DNA of 64,000 nt, from the NCBI GenBank assembly GCA_965215195.1, contig CBDCDC010000002.1, forward strand, positions 3,392,001-3,456,000, given 5' to 3'. Below are positions 1-7,987 of this stretch, piece by piece; the first letter of the stretch is position 1; each line of letters opens with the position of its first letter. This stretch comes from Candidatus Latescibacterota bacterium. GTDB lineage: Bacteria; Latescibacterota; UBA2968; UBA8231. A model generated the notes under the pieces. It made no database searches, was not told the DNA's origin, and worked only from the letters and a program-made list of their open reading frames with translations. The position numbers and the translations under genes are program-made.

Positions 1-2463
1 GAGTTGAGCGGGATAAGTGTCGCCCGTGCAGTCGAGATAGCCATCGAGCCACTGTCTGGCGATCCGCTTGAGCTGTCCGAAAAGATAGAGTTGGGGCTCT
101 TCGCCCGGATCGCGGAACTTGGTGTAGAGCAGCCGCTGAGTCAGGTGAAATAGGAGAGTCGAGGTCCGTAGGCTGTTAGTGTGAACCAAATCGAGATCGA
201 CACTCTCGCCGATAATGCCTTGAACTCTTGTCTTCGACGGACCAATAAGATCGGGCGTCAGTTCCAGCACCGAGTCCCTGTTGAATTCGGCCTTGAGCCG
301 CTCTTCCGGCAATTCCACCCGATACCCAGCCACCCGAGGAAAGCGAATCTCCAGCGCATCCCGTTCGGGCCGCACGGCCCGCACATGAACGGTCTCTCGC
401 GGCTGCTTCGGCGGAGCCACCACGGGCTTGGCCGTAAAGTCAAACGGGATGCCCAAGACATCTGCGTACTCGACATCGAACAGGCCGTCTTCGTTGAGAT
501 CGTAGGACTGGCGGCGCAACGCCCGACCAATGACCTGCTCGCAAAGCAACTGCGTCCCAAAAGCGCGCACGCCCAGTACGTGGCTGACAGTGTTCGCATC
601 CCAACCTTCCGTAAGCATTGACACCGACACCACGCAGCGAATCGAATCCCCCAACCGCCCCGGCTTGCCGACCGTATTCATAACCTCGCGCAGCAGATCT
701 TGGTCGCTGATGTTCTCAGCTTGGCGACGATCGCCAGAGCGCTCAATGATCTCCCGGCGAAAGCGGTCGATCTCGTCGGCGGCCATATTGCGGAAATTGC
801 GGTCCAGCGCGTCGCCGGACTCCAATTGTTCGCTGTCGATCAACAGCGTCCGCGGCCGGGGGTACTGGTTGCCTTGTTCGTCAAAATTGCGAAACAGTTC
901 TAGGCGGCCGTTTACCAGCGTCGTTGAGCCATCGTCGTTCTCGCGCTGGAAGCCGGAGATGTAGTCGTACACCAGCTTGGATGTTGAGGTATTATTGCAG
1001 ACCACGATGAAGCACGGCGGCACGTCAATGTTCGCCTCCTGCATCAACTCAAAAGTTTTCTGATAATGTCCGTACAGAGCTTCCAGCGCAGTCTGCAACT
1101 CCACGGGCAGACTGAGGGGATCGAGGGCCTTGCCCTTACCCCGCCCCTTCTTGGGCATGTCGCTGCGGATGTGTTCCCAGAGATTGCGGAACTTGGGCAT
1201 GTCGCCGCCGGGGATGTTGTCGGCCACTGGCACGCGGGGCAGTTTGACGATGCCGCATTCAATGGCGTCCATGAGCGAGAAGTCGCACATCGTCCACGGG
1301 AACAACGTGCCTTCGGCATAGCCTGACCCGCGCAAAAAGAACGGCGTTGCCGACAGATCTATCACCCGGTTGATGCCCAATTTGTCGCCGACGGTTTCCA
1401 GCCCCGAAATCCACAGCCGCGCCGCCTCGGTGTTTTTTTCAGCTTCCTTTCTGTCATCGCCCTTGAGCGCACCTTCCTCTCCCGCGCCCGGCTTTTCGCG
1501 GTAGCAGTGGTGCGCTTCGTCGTTGAGGACGAGGATGTTCTTGACGCCCATGAGTTCGGGCATCACCCGTTGCAGCGTTTGCCCTTCGGTCTCCAAGGTC
1601 GTCAGCATCTCGCCCCGTCCCTGCAGCAAAGATCGCCCGCCTTTGGAAAGCTCCAGGCGTTCGCGCAGCTTGAAGGCGTGGTAGTTGGTGATGACGATCT
1701 TGGCCTTTTCCAAGTCGGGGAGCAGGTCGCTGGGGACCAACTCGCGGCTCTGGTAGTAGCTATCCGGGTCGTTGGGTTGCAGTACGCGCAGGCGGTCCTT
1801 GATGGTGATGCCGGGCGCGACCACCAAGAAGCCGCGCGTGAAGCGGCGGCTCTGGGGCCGGCGCACCGCGTTGATGGTCTGCCAAGCGATCAACATCGCC
1901 ATGACCGTGGTCTTGCCGGCGCCGGTCGCCAACTTGAGTGCCAGCCGCGGCAGAGGCAGGTCTGGATTGGCATCGCTGTTGGCACTCTCCAAATGGTCGA
2001 GGAAGTCCCTTCCGGATCGCGTATTGGGCGCAACCTCGGTGAGCCAGATAGCAGTCTCCACCGCTTCGACTTGGCAGAAGAAGGGCCGAATGCCACTAAA
2101 GTGATGGTGCCGCCAGTGCTGGAGCAGGCGCGCCGTCTCCGGGGTCACCCGCCATTGGTTTGGGTTCGGCAGATTGCGCCAGCGGTCAACCTGCTGACGA
2201 ACCCCGTTGATGGTCTGCATCAATTCGTATTGCTGATTATCTGTCTCAAGCTCTCTCGCGGCCTTGTCGAACACAAAGGAGGCTTGATTCGCAGATGATC
2301 CCCTTTGCTTCTTCGATGTCGGGACCGCCGTGATGAATGAGACCAGTCTTCGGTTTTCAATGATTTTCTGCGTCGGCTGCCCGCTCTCGTCCAGTTCCCA
2401 ATGCCGGCTCGGACGCTCGTATGGCGAGTTGAGGACCGGCTGTGCGAAAAATAGCTCAGTCAA
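1..2463 (-). CDS. Type III restriction enzyme Res subunit / DEAD-DEAH helicase (BPTD_3080-like), 3' end outside the window
   Basis: Manual translation from TTG at 2463 gives LTELFFAQPVLNSPYERPSRHWELD..., Walker A LKLATGAGKTTVMAM and NDEAHHCYR. The frame at the window edge (...TYPAQL) matches the start. It is missing from the ORF track because no stop lies in the window. Confidence 0.88.
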   Translation of the reverse strand, partial: MTELFFAQPVLNSPYERPSRHWELDESGQPTQKIIENRRLVSFITAVPTSKKQRGSSANQASFVFDKAARELETDNQQYELMQTINGVRQQVDRWRNLPNPNQWRVTPETARLLQHWRHHHFSGIRPFFCQVEAVETAIWLTEVAPNTRSGRDFLDHLESANSDANPDLPLPRLALKLATGAGKTTVMAMLIAWQTINAVRRPQSRRFTRGFLVVAPGITIKDRLRVLQPNDPDSYYQSRELVPSDLLPDLEKAKIVITNYHAFKLRERLELSKGGRSLLQGRGEMLTTLETEGQTLQRVMPELMGVKNILVLNDEAHHCYREKPGAGEEGALKGDDRKEAEKNTEAARLWISGLETVGDKLGINRVIDLSATPFFLRGSGYAEGTLFPWTMCDFSLMDAIECGIVKLPRVPVADNIPGGDMPKFRNLWEHIRSDMPKKGRGKGKALDPLSLPVELQTALEALYGHYQKTFELMQEANIDVPPCFIVVCNNTSTSKLVYDYISGFQRENDDGSTTLVNGRLELFRNFDEQGNQYPRPRTLLIDSEQLESGDALDRNFRNMAADEIDRFRREIIERSGDRRQAENISDQDLLREVMNTVGKPGRLGDSIRCVVSVSMLTEGWDANTVSHVLGVRAFGTQLLCEQVIGRALRRQSYDLNEDGLFDVEYADVLGIPFDFTAKPVVAPPKQPRETVHVRAVRPERDALEIRFPRVAGYRVELPEERLKAEFNRDSVLELTPDLIGPSKTRVQGIIGESVDLDLVHTNSLRTSTLLFHLTQRLLYTKFRDPGEEPQLYLFGQLKRIARQWLDGYLDCTGDTYPAQL

Positions 2464-2530
2464 AACGATGCCCTTTTATATTCCTAACCTCGTCCAATTC
2501 AACGTCTATATCGAATTAAGTGCTCCAGCT

Positions 2531-2636
2531 CTAACTACACGACACCAATAATGAGTCCGGGCTCGAGGGCGTCCCGCTCTCGACGAGGGCAAGATGCCCT
2601 CGATCCGAGGGTAAGGCCCTACTGTCGTGTACTTAG
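2531..2636. mobile_element. MITE copy A (13-bp TIR, 9-bp TSD)
   Basis: Ends CTAACTACACGAC ... GTCGTGTACTTAG. Flanked by the direct repeat GCTCCAGCT at 2522-2530 and 2637-2645. Internal hairpin GAGGGCAAGATGCCCTC. Confidence 0.9.
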
Positions 2637-4014
2637 GCTCCAGCTTTAGAGATGCCCTTAGTACCGGGGGGTTCGTATTCCAACAGGGCCGACTTTCCGA
2701 TCATCTCAATGAACCGCACGATCCATTCAAACCCGTTGACATCTGTAAGCCGCAAGGACTGCTTCAGTTTGAAGTGAACGGGTTGCTGTTTGCCTTCGTC
2801 AATGGCGACGTTGGTTGCATACAGGTACATGCGGTCGAGATTGTCGAGGATTGGGTTTAGCCGCCCGGTCAAATCGGGCAAATGACCTGTTCCCTCCGCG
2901 AACACGACCGAACCACCCAATGGCAACGGTTCGAGCTGTACGGAGATCGGTTCCGGCGGGTGCCAATCCCGCTCTACGTGAGTGCCGTATCCCGGTGTCG
3001 CGCAGAAAACGGTAATCGGAAGTTCCGAGTGAAACCCAAAACCGACCCGGCCAAACGCATCGGTTTCCCCCTCCATCCAAGTCTTGTTGGGATACAGCGC
3101 AACGACCTGTGCCCCGGCAAGCGGCTGACCGGCCGCGGATACCAACACTTCCCCGTCGATACCCGCTACCGGCGGACGGGCCGAAGGTATCGTCAGCCGC
3201 AGTTCCGCGCCGCCGAGCAGTTCGTACTCTGGATCGCGTCCGGTCAGCTCCCGGGTCTGCTCGTAGATGATCGGAACCCTTTCGCCGCGTTGCTCCAAGA
3301 AATACTGTCGATCACCCGCACCGGCGATATCCCCCATCGCGAGCCTGCGGAGGATGGACGCGAGCGTTTCGTTGCGGGTGGCTTGTCGATTGCGCATGGC
3401 CTCGATAGGCAGCGTGTTGGGCAGGGTGCCCGGCGAGTACAACTCAAGGCGGTCGTCAAAGATGAAGAGCCGTATCTTCGCGTTCTCCATCGAGTAGTCG
3501 CGGGCGTGTTGGATCCGGTTCCGGCGACGATCACTTCGTCAGGGCCGAGCCGACCAGAACGCCCCCGCTGCTGAAACAGACGGTTCAATGCCTCCGACGA
3601 CATCTCTCGCTTGGCGCTGCCTTGCCGGGAGAGGTATCCCCCGGGACTCTTGTGTACCAACGCACTCTGTTCAACTTCGACGACCAGTGCGAACGAACCG
3701 TCTGGCAGAGCTAATCGTTGGGTGACAAACGCCAACGGGGGACGGATGCTATCCGAGCAAATCTCGCCAACGAAGGCTTCCAGCGCATCCATCTGTTGAC
3801 GGTTCATCGACCACACTTCACCGGCATCTGACACGCTGAAAATCAAGGTGCCGCCGATGGTGTTGCCAAAAGCGGCCAACTCGTCGGCCATAGCGTCCCG
3901 ATGAGGCGTACGGACGCGGTTGCCGCAAAACGCGGCTTCCTTGAACTCAACGCGGCTGTCCTCGCCGAGTTTGAGTTGCTGCACCAAGCTATCGCTATCC
4001 CAAGGCATTACCAC
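2633..4014 (-). pseudogene. AlbA/Schlafen DNA-binding domain + HATPase_c_4 (RecG-C-like) ATP-binding protein, internally deleted and frameshifted
   Basis: N-terminal LGEDSRVEFKE...AAFGNTIGGTLIFSVSD (ORF 3244..4014). C-terminal RDYS-MENAKIRLFIFDDRLELYSPGTLP (ORF 2633..3490) is in another frame, and the central part is missing near 3505. Confidence 0.8.
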
Positions 4015-4021
4015 TCTTTCG

Positions 4022-4212
4022 GTGCGCCAAGTGATTTCGCGTTGCTATAATGTCGCGCCATTATTGCGAAGGGTGGCATCATAGACGAGCGTTTCAGCGA
4101 TGAACGTCTCTCGGTCCTATCCATCCGTATAAGACAGCACTTTTTCGCCAAAGTCGATCATGTCCTGAATATAGAGCCGCCAACTACGTGCTTCTTGGTG
4201 TATGTCAGACAT
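4022..4212 (-). pseudogene. HEPN/DUF86 (HepT-like) RNase toxin remnant
   Basis: MSDIHQEARSWRLYIQDMIDFGEKVLSYTDG*DRETF...YDATLRN, then in a shifted frame WRDIIATRNHLAH (HEPN RxxxxH). Has an internal TAG, a deletion and a truncation. Confidence 0.8.
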
Positions 4213-4364
4213 CTTACTACACGACACCAGCCCTCAGCCTGCCAAGGATCGAGGGCATCTTGCCCTCGGCGAGGGCGGGACGCCCTCGATCCCGCACCCA
4301 GCGGAAACCGCAGAAAAGGCGTACTCAAAGTAAGGGTCGCCTACTTTAGGGGTCGTGTACTAAG
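4213..4364. mobile_element. MITE copy B
   Basis: Ends CTTACTACACGAC ... GTCGTGTACTAAG. Perfect 9-bp TSD GTCAGACAT at 4204-4212 and 4365-4373. Confidence 0.92.
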
Positions 4365-4365
4365 G

Positions 4366-4487
4366 TCAGACATTGACCATCCCCCGTTCTATAGCATCTC
4401 CTCCCGCAGTGCTTTATCCGTTACCAGATCAACCGGACGCCCTAGCAGATCTTCAATATAGGACTGAACACCAAAATACTGCTTTGA
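4366..4487 (-). pseudogene. Minimal nucleotidyltransferase (MNT/MntA-like antitoxin), C-terminal remnant
   Basis: SKQYFGVQSYIEDLLGRPVDLVTDKALREE, then frameshifted IERGMVNV*. The stop overlaps the HEPN start (ATGTCTGA). Confidence 0.75.
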
Positions 4488-4570
4488 CTTGGCAGAAGAA
4501 GGGCCGAATGCCGACTCGGACGCTCGTAGGGCGAGTTGAGGACCGGCTGTTCAAAGAATGGATCGGTCAA
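4481..4570 (-). pseudogene. Truncated, internally deleted copy of the Res 5' end (copy 2)
   Basis: 4507-4574 is identical to 5691-5758. 4481-4512 matches Res 2063-2094 at 31 of 32 nt. Confidence 0.9.
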
Positions 4571-4580
4571 AACGCGCCAT

Positions 4581-4868
4581 TCACCGACGGTCGGACGCGT
4601 GTTCCTTAGCCCACTTCTCAATAGTGTTGTTCAATACCTGCGAAAAAGCCATCACATGTTGAGGGGACATCACCACGCGGGCCTTCTTTTCGCGTATGAT
4701 GTCGCCTTTTTCATCTTCCGTGATCTCGAAAAACAAAATCCTTAAGTCCCACGGCGAGAATCCTACTTCAACGTGATTTGAGTACGTCGAAAGATAATCT
4801 GCTGCCCGCTGCTGTGGCAGTTCATTAATGTTTACAGGCTCATCCTGTGGCTTGTGCTTTGTATTCAT
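4581..4868 (-). CDS. DUF3467-like protein
   Basis: YSNHVEVGFSPWDLRILF...RVVMSPQHVMAFSQVLNNTIEKW resembles the DUF3467 pattern. Overlaps the upstream HTH gene. Confidence 0.7.
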   Translation of the reverse strand: MNTKHKPQDEPVNINELPQQRAADYLSTYSNHVEVGFSPWDLRILFFEITEDEKGDIIREKKARVVMSPQHVMAFSQVLNNTIEKWAKEHASDRR

Positions 4869-5421
4869 ACGGCGTCCTTTCTATAGGCTTGCTGCTGTAT
4901 GCCGTGCTAGCCAGAGACATGTTCAGAATCTGCGGTTCTGGCGACTGAAGGGATAAGTCCCGGATCTGCACACTCTCTGTGGGCAGTACATGTACCTTGG
5001 GTTCAAACTTGAGGTTGGTTGTGTAAGGCTCCGTTGTCACCAATATATCGGCAGTCTGTACGGCCCTCTCTACATGGTCCTCTGTAAAGCTAGGAACGCG
5101 AAACGTCTCGGGATCAAAGGCCGCTTCCCGCCGTACCAACTCGCTAAACGGGACAAATTGGACCAGCAAGCCCACGTCAAAGGCGGCTGCCAATCGGTAC
5201 AGCGTCCGCAATGACAGCGGATCCCGACCGGGCTGTTCAATGTGGGATATCCGCGCTTGCGGAATGCCGCTCCGCTCCGCGAGTTGGGCTTGCGTCCAGC
5301 CACGTGCTTTGCGGATTGCTCGAATCTGAAAGGGCATCTCAATGGAGAGCTGAGATTCCGTGTAGCCGTCTCGGTACGCTTTGTCGCGCAGTTTACGCCA
5401 GAGCTTAGAAATCGAACTCAT
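4840..5421 (-). CDS. XRE-family HTH antitoxin with long C-terminal extension
   Basis: QIRAIRKARGWTQAQLAERSGIPQARISHIE...SLRTLYRLAAAFDVGLLVQFVPF. Lies downstream of a toxin remnant. Confidence 0.85.
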   Translation of the reverse strand: MSSISKLWRKLRDKAYRDGYTESQLSIEMPFQIRAIRKARGWTQAQLAERSGIPQARISHIEQPGRDPLSLRTLYRLAAAFDVGLLVQFVPFSELVRREAAFDPETFRVPSFTEDHVERAVQTADILVTTEPYTTNLKFEPKVHVLPTESVQIRDLSLQSPEPQILNMSLASTAYSSKPIERTPYEYKAQATG

Positions 5422-5598
5422 GGATGCTTGCCTCCCCGTTTTCTATTTCATTGCGGCGCTGTACCGCCGTATTATAGGCTTCCGTAGGCTTATATCGAGC
5501 GTCCTTGTGTATGCAGCCACAGAGCAATGTCAACTGTCTATCGGAAGAGACATAACAAAATATCCGATGCGGAACCCTATTCTCACCCCGCCAACGCG
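5405..5598 (-). pseudogene. RelE/Gp49-like toxin, C-terminal remnant
   Basis: RWRGENRVPHRIFCYVSSDRQLTLLCGCIHKD...AVQRRNEIENGEASIHEFDF. The N-terminal half is replaced by Res sequence. Confidence 0.65.
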
Positions 5599-5754
5599 CT
5601 TCTTCGGCTGCGGAATCGGCGTGATGAACTCGGCCGGTCGGCGGTATTCGACGATCTGCTGGGTCGGCTGCCCGCTCTCGTCTAGTTCCCAATGCCGACT
5701 CGGACGCTCGTAGGGCGAGTTGAGGACCGGCTGTTCAAAGAATGGATCGGTCAA
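5597..5754 (-). pseudogene. Truncated copy of the Res 5' end (copy 1, divergent allele)
   Basis: LTDPFFEQPVLNSPYERPSRHWELDESGQPTQQIVEYRRPAEFITPIPQPKK versus Res LTELFFAQPVLNSPYERPSRHWELDESGQPTQKIIENRRLVSFITAVPTSKK. Confidence 0.9.
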
Positions 5755-5804
5755 AACGATAGCGAATTAGGTGCTAAGACTGCGATTCCAAATGCTCTTC
5801 CCGC

Positions 5805-6839
5805 TCACCCCTGCGGCATGAACATCAGCTTAATTCCCTCCTGCCGCTCGGCCATGTCAAAGGCCCGCTGCCATTCGCTCAGGGCAAAGTGGTGGGTGAT
5901 CAGCTTCTCGCTGGGAATAAAGCCCCCCTCCATCAGCCGCAGCGCCCGCTGCCAAGCCGGTCGCCGCTGCCCAATGCCGCCGGAAACCTGAAGCTCGTGG
6001 TAGGCGATCTTCTCGAAGTCGATTTCCACGGGCGCACCCGGCAGACCCATCTGGGCGTAGCGGCCCCGCTTGCGCACAAGGTCCAAGGCCAAGCGCATGG
6101 CCGGTGCCACCCCCGCGCACTCGACCACCACGTCCGCGCCATAGCCGCCGGTCAACTCGCGCACCCGCGCCACCGGGTCGCAGGCCGTAATATCGACTGT
6201 GTGTTGCACACCTAATTCCGCGGCCCGTTGCAGCCGCTCGGCATCTCGCTCAGTGCCGCAGAGGATCACCGTCCCCCCCTCGGCCAGCGCCACCAGCGCC
6301 GAGAATAGCCCTACGGGTCCAGGCCCGGTGATGGCGACGAAGTCCCCGGCGGTCACGCCAGCCTGCTCAATGACCGAATGCACACAGCAGGCCAACAGCT
6401 CGGTCAGAGCCCCGGCTTCAAACCCCACGCCGGCCGGCAGCTTGTGGACGAAGGTCGCATTGCAGTAGGGCGCAAAGCAGCCGTGGTGCCAATAGCCCAT
6501 GACCTTGCGCTCGGGGCAGAGGTTGTAGTGCTCGCTCAGGCAGTAGTCGCAGTGGCCGCAGATGTCCACGCTCGGCTCGCCGGTCACCCGGTCGCCCACC
6601 TGCACGTGGTCGCCGACGGCCGCGCCCTTTTCCACCACCACGCCGCTGAACTCGTGTCCCATGACGACCGGGGTCTGGATATTGTAGTTGATGGTATCGC
6701 GGTACACGTGTAGGTCCGAGCCGCACAGCCCGGTGGCCTGCACCTCAACCTTTACCTGCTCGGGGCCGGGTGCTGCGTCCGCTAAGTCGCGCAGATCGAC
6801 AAACCCGTCGCCCCGCTGGTATTTGACCACGCCCTGCAT
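5805..6839 (-). CDS. Zn-dependent medium-chain alcohol/sugar-alcohol dehydrogenase
   Basis: GLCGSD, GHEFSG, CGHCDYC...C structural Zn site, GPGPVG nucleotide-binding motif. Confidence 0.92.
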   Translation of the reverse strand: MQGVVKYQRGDGFVDLRDLADAAPGPEQVKVEVQATGLCGSDLHVYRDTINYNIQTPVVMGHEFSGVVVEKGAAVGDHVQVGDRVTGEPSVDICGHCDYCLSEHYNLCPERKVMGYWHHGCFAPYCNATFVHKLPAGVGFEAGALTELLACCVHSVIEQAGVTAGDFVAITGPGPVGLFSALVALAEGGTVILCGTERDAERLQRAAELGVQHTVDITACDPVARVRELTGGYGADVVVECAGVAPAMRLALDLVRKRGRYAQMGLPGAPVEIDFEKIAYHELQVSGGIGQRRPAWQRALRLMEGGFIPSEKLITHHFALSEWQRAFDMAERQEGIKLMFMPQG

Positions 6840-6841
6840 GG

Positions 6842-7852
6842 CTATTCTCCTTCGGCTAATTCGAGCCGGTCGCCCGGCTTGATCTCCCCGGTGGCGCGGA
6901 GCACCCGCAAGCTGGCGAGCCGCGTGCTGATGATTTCGATGACCTCCACGAGGGCAACCGACTCTTCGGGGGCCAGCCCCTCGGCCTCTATGCGGTCATT
7001 GCTGGGATAGACGAAAAAGCGCAACCGCGGCCGCACGCCGTGTGCGCTGCCGATATTGGCGTAGATGTCTTCACTGTACACGGCGATGACCTCGGGCGCA
7101 TCGCCTTCAAACACCAAGCCCTGCGGCTCGAAAGCAGCAGCCACCTTTTGCACCAGCTCGCCTACGGCCTCTACCGTCGCCTGGCCCAACAAGGTCTGGC
7201 GAAATTCCTCCGAGCCAAACGCTAGCTCCTTCAATCCGGCAAATTGCAGATCCTGCTCGCGCGGCTTGCCCAACAGGTCGAGCCCCAAGTCGCGGTCGGT
7301 GAGCTCGCGCTGGGCCTCTGCGCGACCGATTGCGCTGCCGTCGTCAACCCGCGCAATCTCGACGCGCATCTGCGCCACGGCCGAATAGGATTTGTAGCCT
7401 CCCAACAAGGGATCCCCCACCGACAGGCGGCGCATGTCGTAGTCCTGCAAAAGGCCGGCGACTACGAAATCAGCCCCTAGCTTGCGGCCGATCGCGAGGG
7501 CTTTCTCGTGGTCGGCAAACCCCCACTCCAGAGCCAACTCGGCGACGGCGTCAAAAGGGACGACCTTCCAACTGCGAACGGCCGCTAACTCCGCGCTGAG
7601 CATGTTGGCCAACTCGTATTCGACGTTCCACACGCCCTCGCGAAACCCGGATTCATCGACAAACGGCACCACGGCCACAAAGTCGGGCCGGGGGCCAGCG
7701 CCATAGTGCTGGCGCATCTTCAAGTACTGCTCTAGCGCACTCGGCGGCTCGGCCGGCGGCTCGGCCGCCTGCCATTGCCCCGGCCCTCCCGCAGGAGAAG
7801 TCAGGGGGGCGCAACTACACCACAGGAGAAATGCAACGGTCCATTTTTTCAT
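6842..7852 (-). CDS. Lipoprotein with CsgG/TolB-N-like and FlgT-C-like domains
   Basis: Start moved to MKKWTVAFLLWCSC (lipobox-like). Motifs AVVPFVD and AIGRKLGADFVVAG, C-terminal IYANIGSAHGVR. Confidence 0.6.
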   Translation of the reverse strand: MKKWTVAFLLWCSCAPLTSPAGGPGQWQAAEPPAEPPSALEQYLKMRQHYGAGPRPDFVAVVPFVDESGFREGVWNVEYELANMLSAELAAVRSWKVVPFDAVAELALEWGFADHEKALAIGRKLGADFVVAGLLQDYDMRRLSVGDPLLGGYKSYSAVAQMRVEIARVDDGSAIGRAEAQRELTDRDLGLDLLGKPREQDLQFAGLKELAFGSEEFRQTLLGQATVEAVGELVQKVAAAFEPQGLVFEGDAPEVIAVYSEDIYANIGSAHGVRPRLRFFVYPSNDRIEAEGLAPEESVALVEVIEIISTRLASLRVLRATGEIKPGDRLELAEGE

Positions 7853-7919
7853 CGCGAATTCCCAATTAGTGGTTAGTGGCATAAAAAGCGACCCACCCGG
7901 TTCTATGTCAACGCACGGC

Positions 7920-7948
7920 TTGACAGTGTTTTTCTTCGGCGATACGTT
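7920..7948 (+). promoter_or_regulatory. Putative sigma70 promoter of addB-addA
   Basis: TTGACA-17 nt-TACGTT, 40 nt upstream of the ATG at 7988. Confidence 0.5.
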
Positions 7949-7987
7949 GGCAGCGCACCCCTCCACGCCACTCTCAATCTGCTGCTA

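Noticed and set aside
181-2551. Plus-strand ORFs such as 181..621 and 1507..2298
   Set aside because: They are antisense shadows of the Res gene, whose frame carries clear helicase motifs.
4110-4125. In-frame TAG in the HEPN gene as possible recoding (pyrrolysine or alternative code)
   Set aside because: The gene also has a deletion and truncation, and TAG is used as a normal stop elsewhere in the window.
2531-4364. CRISPR array or integron attC sites suggested by the palindromic repeats
   Set aside because: No regular repeat-spacer periodicity, no cas or integrase gene, no attC core sites. TIRs plus TSDs identify them as MITEs.
5405-5754. ORFs 5405..5692 and 5530..5754 as genuine genes
   Set aside because: Both are chimeric read-throughs across the Res/toxin deletion junction.
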